Shown here piece after piece: positions 1 through 9,524 of a stretch of DNA of 64,000 nt (positions are counted from its first letter, which is position 1; each line of letters starts with the position of its first letter). This stretch comes from Candidatus Multivoradales bacterium (lineage in GTDB: Bacteria; Acidobacteriota; Thermoanaerobaculia; Multivoradales; JAHEKO01). The position numbers and the translations under genes were made by a program. The stretch lies in assembly GCA_965248055.1 (NCBI GenBank), contig CBDFIJ010000004.1, forward strand, positions 2,880,001-2,944,000, written 5' to 3'. The notes beneath the pieces are model-generated. The model did no database searches. It was not told the DNA's origin and was given only the letters and a program-made list of their open reading frames with translations.

Positions 1-627
1 CAGTACTCCGGTGGCAACCAGCGCCCATCCTCGGGGCCGACCACCAATCCAACGCAGCAGGAGGAGCAGCGAGAGAAATCCACCCGCCACCCAGCCGGAG
101 TGCTTCGCAACTTGAGATAACACCGCCATCGGTTGCCACGGATCGGGAGGCGCGACACCCAGGTCGGTTCTCAGCCGGACGAGATTTTCCATTGCCCAGG
201 GGTCTTCCGAGGCCAGATCCAGAGCGCGTCGATACCAAAGGACCGCCTGCGGGTACTGTCCCAGTTCTTGTTCCACCCGCCCGAGGTTGTAGTAGAGGGT
301 CGCGCTGGGGGATGCTTCGACTTGCCGCAGATACTCACTGCGAGCGCCCACCGCGTCTCCGGTTTCAAACAGTGCCCCGGCCGCTGCCAGTGCGTCAAGG
401 TCTGCTCGCGCTCCGGGTTTTTGTTGCGGGAGGTCTTCAGCCGGACTGTCTTCCAACGCGGATTGGGCCTCCAACCCGGATTCTTGGGCGCCAACGGCAG
501 AAACGAGAACTAGAGCAAGCGCGGCCCATCGCGTTGTTTGCCATTTTGAGAACGGAGCAATGCGAAACCAAGTCCGGACCTTGGATTTGGTGTCGCTCAT
601 CAAAGGACTGATCGCGGCAGCATTCAT
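1..627 (-). CDS. batE: BatE-like TPR membrane protein (partial, runs off the left edge)
   Basis: Not in the ORF track; translated by hand. ATG at 627 overlaps the batD stop (ATGA). Frame is open to base 1 and contains a TPR (LYYNLGRVEQELGQYPQAVLWYRRALDL..DPWAMENL) followed by hydrophobic segments. Last position in the bat operon. Confidence 0.75.
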   Translation of the reverse strand, partial: MNAAAISPLMSDTKSKVRTWFRIAPFSKWQTTRWAALALVLVSAVGAQESGLEAQSALEDSPAEDLPQQKPGARADLDALAAAGALFETGDAVGARSEYLRQVEASPSATLYYNLGRVEQELGQYPQAVLWYRRALDLASEDPWAMENLVRLRTDLGVAPPDPWQPMAVLSQVAKHSGWVAGGFLSLLLLLRWIGGRPRGWALVATGVL

Positions 628-2480
628 CTTCGCGGCAGTCGCTTGACCCACTCTAAGGCCGAGTTTTTGAGTTCGGTGGCGAGTCGATCAGTCTGTGAAA
701 GTTGTGGTGCGAAGCGCAGATAGTACAGATCCTCGGTGAGCTTTTCGAGCCGGTCGAGAGCCGCCAGCGGTAGGCCTTTGCCTTGCAGATGCTCGACCCA
801 GGACTCGGGAGCAGCATTCTCCGGTAGCCCCCATCGCTCGACCAAGTATCGGCGCACGGCTGCTTCGATTGCCGGTGCAGTGCGGCGGGACTCCGAACTG
901 GAGACCGCCGAGAGCGCCTGTTGCAGGACTTGGCGCGGTCGCCGGGATTTCTCGCCGGCGACAACCGGCAACGCAGTTGTTCCAGGATTGTCGAGTGCCG
1001 AAGATTCACTTCCTCGTCGCAGATCGGAGAAGGCGGTCATGGCAACCCCGACTGCCGCCAACGCCAGCAACCACAGCCCCCAGCCACGGTCCCGCGAGCC
1101 TTCCAGTCCGGCGACCGCAGCCATCCGCACCGGATGCAGCAATGGGCTGCGATCCACCCGACGCTGGGGTTCAGCGGCCCGCACTGCGGGTACCGCCTCA
1201 AGCAAGTGGCTTTCAGTACTGGCGACGGCAAACGACTCGGTTTGGGGATCAAAGTAGGGGATGGTGATTTTGGGCAACTGGTAAGAGCCGGCGCGATCTG
1301 GCACCACCACCCAACGCCATTTGCGGGTGAACTGAACCCCATTGGGGTTGAACTTCTGGGAACTCTCTCCCTGCGGGGGATAGATCTCGACGCCCCCCGG
1401 CGCCTCGATCACCGGATCGGGAACCCGGCGTAGATTGCCGCGACCGCGGGCCACGACCTCAAGTTGAGCCGCCTGGCCAGCTTCGACGTTGGCCGGCTCA
1501 AGGGTCGATTTGAGGTTAATCGGGCCGACCGAAGCGTTCGGCGGGCCGCCGGCGGGCAGAGGACGCACGCTGAGCTTGGCGGCTGGCGAAGTGCGGCGTA
1601 CCGCTCGACGGTCGCGAAAAAAGCCACTCGAGTCGAGATCCACTTCAAACGCCATGGTGGCGGGATCAATTTCCAGTTCGCCGGGACGCAACGGATAGAG
1701 GACTCGCTCCAACAGCGCCACCCGCAGCCACTGACGGCCATCGATCGTCACCGTCTCGGCGCGTTTGGGTTTGGCATCGGCGCTCGGCTCTTCGTTCCAA
1801 AAGCCCTCAAAGTCGGGCAGATCCTCGGCGTTGACCGCGGTGACGTCGTTGCGGGTGAACAGATACAAGGTGTAGTGAACCTGCTCACCAACAAAAGGAT
1901 CGCCCGGGTTGGTCTCGGCCCGCAGGTGCAGTTCGGGTTCGGATTCACGCTGCGAGAACGGGTCTCTAGACCGGCGTTGGAAGAACTGTTCCATGGGGTC
2001 GGCTTGACGCTGGCGTGGCACTGCCTCAGGGACCGCTTTTTCTTGCACTGCGACCGATAGGTCTGTGCCAACGATGGTTTGGTCGCCGACCTGCACCCGA
2101 ATGTTAGTGACGCGTCCCTCGCCGACCGTGGTGGGGCGGAGCCGCCAACGCAGGGTAGTGGAATTCGAGATCGCTCCGTTGACGAACTGCATGCTCTGTT
2201 CTCGGAATGGTCCGGCTACGATCTCCAGATTGTCGAGCTCAAAGGTTGGTTGCACTCGCAACAACCGCATCGCTGCGACCATGACGCGGATTTCCAGAAT
2301 AGTTTCTTGACCCAAGCCGATCGGGTTGGGCAGCAGGCGGGTCGCGAGGGTCGGTTCTTGATCCTGTGCCTGAACCCAGGAAGGCCCGAAGACGATCAGG
2401 AGTATGGCGAGAATCCCCACTCCAGCGCGACCTCGGAGTGGCCGGTGGAGAAGTCCAAGCTGTGGTTGCATACGGGTCAT
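624..2480 (-). CDS. batD: BatD family protein
   Basis: Signal-like N-terminus, repeated Ig-like BatD modules (GEQVHYTLYL, LYPLRPGELEI, GRGNL, IPYFDP), C-terminal TM segment. Start moved to ATG 2480, just after the batC stop. Confidence 0.85.
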   Translation of the reverse strand: MTRMQPQLGLLHRPLRGRAGVGILAILLIVFGPSWVQAQDQEPTLATRLLPNPIGLGQETILEIRVMVAAMRLLRVQPTFELDNLEIVAGPFREQSMQFVNGAISNSTTLRWRLRPTTVGEGRVTNIRVQVGDQTIVGTDLSVAVQEKAVPEAVPRQRQADPMEQFFQRRSRDPFSQRESEPELHLRAETNPGDPFVGEQVHYTLYLFTRNDVTAVNAEDLPDFEGFWNEEPSADAKPKRAETVTIDGRQWLRVALLERVLYPLRPGELEIDPATMAFEVDLDSSGFFRDRRAVRRTSPAAKLSVRPLPAGGPPNASVGPINLKSTLEPANVEAGQAAQLEVVARGRGNLRRVPDPVIEAPGGVEIYPPQGESSQKFNPNGVQFTRKWRWVVVPDRAGSYQLPKITIPYFDPQTESFAVASTESHLLEAVPAVRAAEPQRRVDRSPLLHPVRMAAVAGLEGSRDRGWGLWLLALAAVGVAMTAFSDLRRGSESSALDNPGTTALPVVAGEKSRRPRQVLQQALSAVSSSESRRTAPAIEAAVRRYLVERWGLPENAAPESWVEHLQGKGLPLAALDRLEKLTEDLYYLRFAPQLSQTDRLATELKNSALEWVKRLPRR

Positions 2481-2484
2481 CCGA

Positions 2485-3357
2485 CTACCAGTCTCGGTTC
2501 CCTGGTGCCGCTTGCCGACGTTCGGGTTGTTCGGCAGCACGTGCTTCTTGTTCCATCGCTTCTACCGCTTCGAGTAGAGAAGCGGCTTCTTCTGCGGTCA
2601 TGTCCGGTTGGGGCTGAAACTTGGGCAGTGGCGATTCCTCCTGCCCCTGTTGTGGTTGAGGTTGTATTGACTCTTCCTGTTCCCCTTCTTGAGGGTCGGG
2701 GGAGGTCTCACCCTCATCTCCTTGCTGTTGTTCCTGTTGTTGGTCCTGTTCTGCGTTCTGTTCTGAGTCCTCGGAGTCTTGATCCTGCTGTTGCTGCTCC
2801 TGTTGTTGGGCTTGCAGCGCCAGTTCTAGATTGATCTTGGCCGAGACGCGGGAAGGGTCGCGGCGCAACGATTCTTCAAACCATTGCACTGCCTGATCGT
2901 GCTGTTTGGACTCAAAATACGCGTTGCCTAGGTTGTAGGCGGCGTCGCTTGACAGGGTTGGATCGCTGGTCGCTTCAGCGACCGGTCGTAGTGCGCTCTC
3001 GGCTGCAGTCGCGTCTCCGGTCAACAAGTGGGTGGTACCTTGGTTGAATGCTGCAACCGGGTTTCCCGGAGCCAAAGCCCTGGCCTCGGTAGCGGCGGTG
3101 ATCGCTTCTTCTGGGCGCTCTTGTTCCAGAGCGTCAATTGCCCGGTCGGTGCGTTCCCGTGGGTTGTACAGCCAACCCCGTTTGGTCTGCAGCGGATTCT
3201 GGACGGTTGGACTCGGTTGAGCGCCGGAGGGGGAGCTGATGAACTCCGATGGCTCATCGACCGGTGCGGTCGGATTCGCCTGCTGACCCCAACTGGCTGC
3301 GGCCAGCGTCGCTGCGATGACGACCCCTACGATCGCTAGTCGTTCGAGTAGCTTCAT
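2485..3357 (-). CDS. batC: BatC-like TPR protein with Gln/Glu-rich tail
   Basis: TPR (AAYNLGNAYF..AKINLELA), Q/E-rich linker, AxxLLEA motif and terminal DW typical of BatC. Confidence 0.85.
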   Translation of the reverse strand: MKLLERLAIVGVVIAATLAAASWGQQANPTAPVDEPSEFISSPSGAQPSPTVQNPLQTKRGWLYNPRERTDRAIDALEQERPEEAITAATEARALAPGNPVAAFNQGTTHLLTGDATAAESALRPVAEATSDPTLSSDAAYNLGNAYFESKQHDQAVQWFEESLRRDPSRVSAKINLELALQAQQQEQQQQDQDSEDSEQNAEQDQQQEQQQGDEGETSPDPQEGEQEESIQPQPQQGQEESPLPKFQPQPDMTAEEAASLLEAVEAMEQEARAAEQPERRQAAPGNRDW

Positions 3358-4361
3358 GTCGCCTCCCGCACTGGCTGCAGGGGCTTGACCATCGAGGCCG
3401 CGGCAAGCGCCAAGATCGAGATCAACAGGGGAATCTGGAAACGTTCTTCTTGTTGGACGATGGTTTCTTGACCCAACGAACGCGCTTCCAAGCCGAGGAT
3501 CGAATCGACGATTGGGTCAAGCGATTCTCCAGCCCGGTCAACCGAGACAAACTGACCGCCGGTGATCTCCGACAGGGTTTCCAAGGAATCGGTTCCGAGT
3601 TTGGAGATCACCACCTGTCCTTGACCGTCTTGTTTGTAGGTTCCCCGCCCCGCCCCGGCCACCGGAATCGGTCCACCTTGAGCGGTGCCGACTGCCAATA
3701 CATGGACCGAAATACCGACCTCCGCCAAGCGTCGCTGAGCCGCGTTGAGATGATCCCCATGATCCTCTCCGTCAGTGATCAGCAGGATCCCGCGGTGGCG
3801 CTCTTCGCCCGGTAGAAACAGATCTGCAGCCCGCTCCAGAGCCAACCCCAGATCGGTTCCAGGGCGTTCGAGTGAGCCGACGCGCACCGAGTCCGCCGCC
3901 ATACGAACCGCGTCCAAGTCTGCGGTCATCGGAGTCAGCGCGCGTACCGTTCCTTCCATCTGCAACAAAGCGACGCGGTGTCCTTCAATGCGTTCCGTGA
4001 TCCGTCCCAAGAGGGTCTTGGCAACGGCGATCCGCGACGGGGTTACGTCGGCTACGTTCATCGAAGAAGAGGAGTCCAAAATCACCACCGTATCGACGCC
4101 GATTCGCTCCACGGTGTGTTCTGATTCGCCCCAGCGCGGACGAGCGATGGCGAGCACCGATGCGGCGACGGCGAGACCCAATAGAGCTAGTCGTAGCCAC
4201 AGACGCCGACTGGAGGCGTCAATCCCAAGGCGCGCCCATTGAGCTTTGCCCGCCCAGGCGGATAGCGCTTTCCTGAGTCGCTGCCACCACAGCCAGCCGA
4301 GGATCATCACCAGCGGAACCAGCAGCAGCAAAATCATGCGTTGAGGGGCGCCCCAAGTCAT
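3354..4361 (-). CDS. batB: BatB-like VWA domain membrane protein
   Basis: ARPRWG motif, MIDAS DSSSSM, TDGEDH, N- and C-terminal TM segments. Confidence 0.85.
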   Translation of the reverse strand: MTWGAPQRMILLLLVPLVMILGWLWWQRLRKALSAWAGKAQWARLGIDASSRRLWLRLALLGLAVAASVLAIARPRWGESEHTVERIGVDTVVILDSSSSMNVADVTPSRIAVAKTLLGRITERIEGHRVALLQMEGTVRALTPMTADLDAVRMAADSVRVGSLERPGTDLGLALERAADLFLPGEERHRGILLITDGEDHGDHLNAAQRRLAEVGISVHVLAVGTAQGGPIPVAGAGRGTYKQDGQGQVVISKLGTDSLETLSEITGGQFVSVDRAGESLDPIVDSILGLEARSLGQETIVQQEERFQIPLLISILALAAASMVKPLQPVREAT

Positions 4362-5350
4362 GGTTCGACGCTCCAGCCCAACAGCGCGAACAGCGAAGGC
4401 AGGCCCATCAACACCAGCGCGCCAGCGGCGAGCGGGGGGAAGGCCTCACGGTAACGAGACATCTTGCGACTGCGCACGGGAGTGGTCTCAAGCTGATCAA
4501 TCTCGGCGAACACCCTTTCCAAAGCGTGGGAGTCAGTGGCCTCAAAGTAATGACCTCCGGTGCCCTCGGCGATCTGACGCAGCAACTCTTCGTCGACCTC
4601 GACGTTAAGCATGGTATGCACCATTTCCTCGCGACCGGTGCGCGGATCGGTGCGCGGCATCGGTACCGGCACCTTACCCTCGCTGCCAACGCCGATGGTG
4701 TAAACGCGGATGCCTAGACCTTCACAGATCGCCGTCGCGGCGCCGGGATCGATAGCGCCGGCGTTGTTGCCGCCGTCTGTCACCAGGATGGCCACCTTGG
4801 ATTTGGCGTCGCTGTCTTTGAGTCGATTGGCCGCGGTCGCCAGAGCGACGCCGATCGCTGTCCCGTCCGGCAGTTTGAATAGCTCCAAACTCTCGACTAG
4901 CTCTTGGACCATTTTGCGATCGGTGGTCAGTGGTGCTTTGGTCACTGCCACTCCGGAGAACGCCACCAAGCCGATCCGATCGCTGGTGCGGTTAGCGACG
5001 AAGTCTTTGACCACTTGCTGGGCAACATGAAGCCGATTGCGCGGGCGAAAGTCCTCCGCCGCCATACTGCCTGAGACGTCAAGGACCACTTGAATGTCGA
5101 TTCCTTCACTGAGGCTTTCTTCCCACTCGGTGCCGTGCTGGGGGCGCGCTATGGCGGTGATCGCCAGCGCCAATGCCAGCATCCGGGCGATGAACGGCCA
5201 GTGGATGCGAGCCGATCCGCCGAAACTGTCGGGGATGTGGCTGTAGCGCAGCGCGGCTGGGCGCGCGCGGGTTAGGTTCCACCACCAGAGCACGGGGATT
5301 CCCAGCAGCAGTAACAGCCACAGCGGGTCTTCAAAGCGAAACAAGTTCAC
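4358..5350 (-). CDS. batA: BatA-like VWA domain membrane protein
   Basis: F.DPLWL N-terminus, ARPQ, MIDAS DVSGSM, GTAIG, TDGGNNAG, VYTIGVG. Confidence 0.9.
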   Translation of the reverse strand: MNLFRFEDPLWLLLLLGIPVLWWWNLTRARPAALRYSHIPDSFGGSARIHWPFIARMLALALAITAIARPQHGTEWEESLSEGIDIQVVLDVSGSMAAEDFRPRNRLHVAQQVVKDFVANRTSDRIGLVAFSGVAVTKAPLTTDRKMVQELVESLELFKLPDGTAIGVALATAANRLKDSDAKSKVAILVTDGGNNAGAIDPGAATAICEGLGIRVYTIGVGSEGKVPVPMPRTDPRTGREEMVHTMLNVEVDEELLRQIAEGTGGHYFEATDSHALERVFAEIDQLETTPVRSRKMSRYREAFPPLAAGALVLMGLPSLFALLGWSVEP

Positions 5351-6351
5351 GCCTCAGCTCCTACAGTTACGCCTTGTTCGCTAGCTTCCACAGTCGCCAG
5401 CTCGGCTGCGCTGAGTCGAGAGTCGATGCTCTCGGCGACAGATTGCGTCCGCCGCACCCGTTCCGTTAGTTCCGGCAAGCTGGTGGAAAAGCGGCCAAAC
5501 TTGATCCGGTCACAACCGTCGAGTAGTTCGCGAACTTCGAGCCGAGAGTTGTCAGAGACCGGCAGATCAGAAAGGTCGCGAAGTATTTCTGCGTTGGTGT
5601 GCTCAAGCCCCCGCATTCCGGTCCGACGCCCAAGGAACTGGCGTAGAGAAACACTCAAACCGGCATGGGCGACGTCCGGTTGGCGCGGATCGAGGCCTTT
5701 GAGGGCGCGGCGCAAGTCGGTCAAAGGGTCATTGATCTGCCGCAGAGCTTCTTCGGTTAGGAAGCCGCCAGCACGATGGGCTAGCCACGCTCCGGCGATC
5801 GCCAACACAGCCAAGGCACCTGCGAGCTGCCAAAAGGTCTTGCCGACCGGCCAGTTCCTGAGCGGAACCGGGGGTTGCAGTGAGATCTCACGATCCTCGG
5901 GCAATACCGAAGAGACAAGCCAGCGGACCGGTTCGGCCGCCAGTAGCGATTCGCTTCCGTGGGTGGAGTCGACAATGGTGATTTGCGGTTCCGGAAGCTC
6001 GACCGCTCCAGGTCGAAAGGAACGAAGAGTAACGATCTGCCGCCAGGTGGTGCCACCACCCGCATCCTCCGAGGAAGGGGTGCCGGCGGCGACAATCTCA
6101 GCGTTATCAAAATCTTCCGGTAGCCAACTCTGAGTCCAATCGTCGGCCGAGACTTCCTCTCCCGGCGCGAGTTGGACTTCAAACACCAACTGCACCGCGT
6201 CGCCGACCGTGATTCCGTCTTCTGGAGTTTGCAGTAGGCGTAAGGTTGCGGCGTCTGTGCTCGCTGAGAGCACACCCAGGAGAATTCCAATCACAGGGAT
6301 CGCGGTGACTCGGACCCGGGGTCGAGGCCAAGAACTAGCGTTGCAACTCAT
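5347..6351 (-). CDS. Bat-operon membrane protein (BatD-like Ig domain, TM segment, helical C-terminal domain)
   Basis: Lies between DUF58 and batA; ITVGD..L N-terminal module, one TM segment, D.IKF C-terminal motif; 4-bp overlaps with both neighbours. Confidence 0.7.
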   Translation of the reverse strand: MSCNASSWPRPRVRVTAIPVIGILLGVLSASTDAATLRLLQTPEDGITVGDAVQLVFEVQLAPGEEVSADDWTQSWLPEDFDNAEIVAAGTPSSEDAGGGTTWRQIVTLRSFRPGAVELPEPQITIVDSTHGSESLLAAEPVRWLVSSVLPEDREISLQPPVPLRNWPVGKTFWQLAGALAVLAIAGAWLAHRAGGFLTEEALRQINDPLTDLRRALKGLDPRQPDVAHAGLSVSLRQFLGRRTGMRGLEHTNAEILRDLSDLPVSDNSRLEVRELLDGCDRIKFGRFSTSLPELTERVRRTQSVAESIDSRLSAAELATVEASEQGVTVGAEA

Positions 6352-7280
6352 CGCGCGAGTCTCTTGCGCCGGCGCTCAAAGAATTGCATCAGGGTCTGCA
6401 TGTAGGGTCGATCGGTGCGCAGGGTCAGATGATCGACTCCGAGTTTGCGAAAGCGGTCGGACCAAGCTTCGCGGTCCGCTTGCCGAGCTTGCTGCACTTG
6501 CTCCGCGAATCGTCGACCGGAAACCATCGCTTGCCGACCGGTCTCAGCGTCGGCGACCAGCACCGGGAATCGGGTCACCGGGGGTTGGTGGTCTTTCGGG
6601 TCGTAGAGCTCAACCGCGATCAGGTCGTGGCGAGCTGCCGCGGCTGCCAAGGCGCTCCCGGCTTCGACACCGACGAAGTCGGAGATCAAGAACACAACGC
6701 TCTTGTGGTCGAGGGATCGCAGAACTTGGTTGAGTCCAGCTTGTAGGTCGGTGCCGCCCTCGGCGGGATGGTGCAGCAGTTCCCGGACCATTCTCAAGAC
6801 ATGGTTGCGCCGTCGATCGGGGGGCAGGAAAACATCGACCCCTTGGCTGACCAGAGCTGCGCCAACCCGGTCTTGATTGCGAATGGCAGCGAAGGCAAGT
6901 AGCGCGGACACCTCGGCTGCCAGTTCCCGCTTGAGGATCGCGTGGGAGCCAAAAGACAAACTGCCAGAAACATCGACCACCAAAAACACGGTCAAGTCGC
7001 GTTCCTCAACAAACTGCTTGACGAACGGCGTGCCCATACGAGCGGTAACGTTCCAGTCAATCGATCGCACGTCATCGCCCGGGTGATAGGCGCGCACTTC
7101 GGAAAACTCCATACCGCGGCCACGAAACGCCGAGTGATACTCCCCGGCGAGCCCTTGATCCACCAATCGATTGGTGGTGATCTCGATCCGCCGTACCTTG
7201 GCTAGCAGGTCGCTAGGGATTTTGCTGGTCGAGTTCTTAGCGGCAGAACTCTTGGTCGCGGTGTTGGTCGTCAAAGCCAA
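6348..7280 (-). CDS. DUF58 family protein (MoxR-associated)
   Basis: GEYHSAFRGRGMEFSEVRAYHPGDDVRSIDWNVTAR signature, DVSGS, ISDF. Confidence 0.92.
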   Translation of the reverse strand: MALTTNTATKSSAAKNSTSKIPSDLLAKVRRIEITTNRLVDQGLAGEYHSAFRGRGMEFSEVRAYHPGDDVRSIDWNVTARMGTPFVKQFVEERDLTVFLVVDVSGSLSFGSHAILKRELAAEVSALLAFAAIRNQDRVGAALVSQGVDVFLPPDRRRNHVLRMVRELLHHPAEGGTDLQAGLNQVLRSLDHKSVVFLISDFVGVEAGSALAAAAARHDLIAVELYDPKDHQPPVTRFPVLVADAETGRQAMVSGRRFAEQVQQARQADREAWSDRFRKLGVDHLTLRTDRPYMQTLMQFFERRRKRLAR

Positions 7281-7315
7281 AGTCCAGGTCGAAGGGAGGC
7301 AGACCTAAAGTTGGG

Positions 7316-8329
7316 TTAGGGGATTTGCACCAGATCGAGCAGACGTTGCACCAGATTGTCGCTGGTGACTTCCTCGGCTTCCGCTTCAAAGGTTGGGATC
7401 ACTCGATGGCGCAGTACGTCGGGGGCCATCATCTTGACGTCTTCCGGGACCACGTAGCCGCGCCCCGCCAGCAGCGCTGTGGCCTTGGCTGCACGCGCGA
7501 GAAACAGGGTTGCCCGAGGGGAAGCACCAAAGGCCAGCAAGTGTTCTAGGTCGCCAGCACCATACTCTGCCGGTCGACGGGTCGCGGCGATCAGGTCGAG
7601 GATGTAGCCGCGTAGTTTCTCGTCCAAGTAGATCCGCTCCACAGCGGCTCGCAGTTTGCGGATCTCCTCGGAATTGGCGACCGGCTGCACATCAAACTCT
7701 TGATCCACCATCATGCGGTCGAGAATCTCAGCCTCCTCGGCGCGACTGGGATAGTCGATTTTGAGCTTGAGCATGAACCGGTCAACTTGGGCTTCGGCCA
7801 GCGGATAGGTGCCTTCCTGTTCGATCGGGTTTTGCGTTGCCAGCACCATGAACGGGTCGTCCAACACGAAGGTGCTATCACCGATGGTGATCTGACTTTC
7901 TTCCATCGCTTCGAGTAGAGCTGATTGCACTTTGGCGGGTGCTCGATTGATCTCGTCGGCCAGAAGCAAGTTGGTGAACATCGGCCCCTTACGCGGGTGA
8001 AAAGAACTGGTCGCCGGATCGAAAACTTGAGTCCCCACCAGATCGGCGGGCAGTAAGTCTGGGGTGAATTGGACTCGACCGAAATCGACATCCAATGATC
8101 GAGCCAAGGTTTTCACTGCCAAGGTCTTGGCCAGGCCGGGCACGCCCTCGATCAACAGATGGCCGTGGGTGAGCAGTCCGACTAGCATCCGGTCCACCAA
8201 ATACTGCTGGCCTACGATCACCTTGCGCATCTCTTGCTCGATGCGCTTCGCGGTCTGGATCTCGGCGGTGAAATCCTCGTTCGGAGAGATAGGTTCGACC
8301 GCCTCGGCGGCTTGTGGATTCAGTTCCAT
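7316..8329 (-). CDS. moxR: MoxR family AAA+ ATPase
   Basis: Walker A GVPGLAKT, RVQFTPDLLPAD, Walker B LLADEINRA, ATQNPIEQEGTYPL. Start at ATG 8329, preceded by GAGGA. Confidence 0.95.
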   Translation of the reverse strand: MELNPQAAEAVEPISPNEDFTAEIQTAKRIEQEMRKVIVGQQYLVDRMLVGLLTHGHLLIEGVPGLAKTLAVKTLARSLDVDFGRVQFTPDLLPADLVGTQVFDPATSSFHPRKGPMFTNLLLADEINRAPAKVQSALLEAMEESQITIGDSTFVLDDPFMVLATQNPIEQEGTYPLAEAQVDRFMLKLKIDYPSRAEEAEILDRMMVDQEFDVQPVANSEEIRKLRAAVERIYLDEKLRGYILDLIAATRRPAEYGAGDLEHLLAFGASPRATLFLARAAKATALLAGRGYVVPEDVKMMAPDVLRHRVIPTFEAEAEEVTSDNLVQRLLDLVQIP

Positions 8330-8498
8330 GACAGTCCTCGCGTTCAGTTCAATGCTTGAGACAGGGCTTACAACGCATACCACCAAGAAATTGGGGAGCG
8401 GTGTCCAGCTGCGCAGTCGGTATTGCTGCAATCTCAATGCCCATGCGGTCGGTCGATATTTGCTCTGGATAGGGGTTTCAGTATGGAGTCTAAGTCAC

Positions 8499-8523
8499 TA
8501 CGTGTATTGATCTTAAGGGTTCC
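8499..8523 (-). promoter_or_regulatory. Possible ECF-sigma promoter of the bat operon (GGAAC-N16-CGTA)
   Basis: Minus strand reads GGAAC ccttaagatcaataca CGTA about 170 nt upstream of moxR. Short motif; could be chance. Confidence 0.3.
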
Positions 8524-8601
8524 CATTAGAAAATCGCTGCCCACTGTTTTGCGCCAAAAAGGCAGCACGGCTGTTGGTATGGAGGGTGGTAGCGTGGAGC
8601 G

Positions 8602-9441
8602 ATGGTGAGAATCGACTCCAGCCCACCGGAACAATCTGTTCCGCTGTTACGCAAGGGGCTAGGGCAGCACCACTTGCGCGATCCGCAACTGTGCCAACCG
8701 GTGATCGAGTTCATACAACCCATTCGTCGACCGGTGTTGGAGGTCGGCAGTGGCGGCGGAGTTTTGACTCAAGCCTTGGTCGGATCCGGAGCCGCTGTGG
8801 TGGCCTTGGACCTGGATCTCCATTGGTTGGTAGAGGGCCGTCGTCGACTGGCGAAGAATGCTGAAACGGACTCGCCACGGCAGCCGATTCACTGGCTGGC
8901 GGCCGACGCGCTCCAATTCGATTGGCGACCGGTACCCGCAGACTGGTCGGTGGTCGGCAATCTGCCCTACAACGTCGCAACGCCGATCATTCGGGCGGTG
9001 TTGCGGCAGGGGAGTGTCGGGCGCATGGCGTTTTTGATTCAGAAAGAAGTTGCACAGCGGATCATCGCCAGCCCAGGTTCCAAGAACTACGGGTTGTTGA
9101 GTTTGATGGTCAGTTGGTGGGCTGAGGCGTCTATTTTGGGAACCGTCAAACCGGGCAGTTTTCATCCACCTCCCAAGGTCGATAGCCAGTTCGTGGGATT
9201 GGTTCGTCGCCGGCCTCCAGGGGCAACCGACGAATACCAGCAGATGCTCGAAGTCGCGTCGTTGGCTTTCAGCCATCGCAGGAAGACTCTGGCTAACTCA
9301 TTACGCGCTCGGTTTGCCACCGACCGAGTGACGGCTTGGTGTTGCGAGGCTGGTCTGTCGCCAACCACCAGGCCGGAGAATCTTTCTTTGGAGCACTATC
9401 GGTCTCTGGCCTCGAAGCTATTTGCTGAAGCTCCTCGTTGA
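8602..9441 (+). CDS. rsmA: 16S rRNA adenine dimethyltransferase
   Basis: LGQHHL (GQNFL-like), VLEVGSGGG, GNLPYNV, QKEVA, F.PPPKVDS, RRKTL. Confidence 0.92.
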   Translation: MVRIDSSPPEQSVPLLRKGLGQHHLRDPQLCQPVIEFIQPIRRPVLEVGSGGGVLTQALVGSGAAVVALDLDLHWLVEGRRRLAKNAETDSPRQPIHWLAADALQFDWRPVPADWSVVGNLPYNVATPIIRAVLRQGSVGRMAFLIQKEVAQRIIASPGSKNYGLLSLMVSWWAEASILGTVKPGSFHPPPKVDSQFVGLVRRRPPGATDEYQQMLEVASLAFSHRRKTLANSLRARFATDRVTAWCCEAGLSPTTRPENLSLEHYRSLASKLFAEAPR

Positions 9442-9524
9442 CCGTTTGACCCTGCTAGAGTTGGCGCGATTCCTCTCGATTTTCGAGGATCTGGACTGAG
9501 TTAGGAAACCGTAAGGCAGGATCT

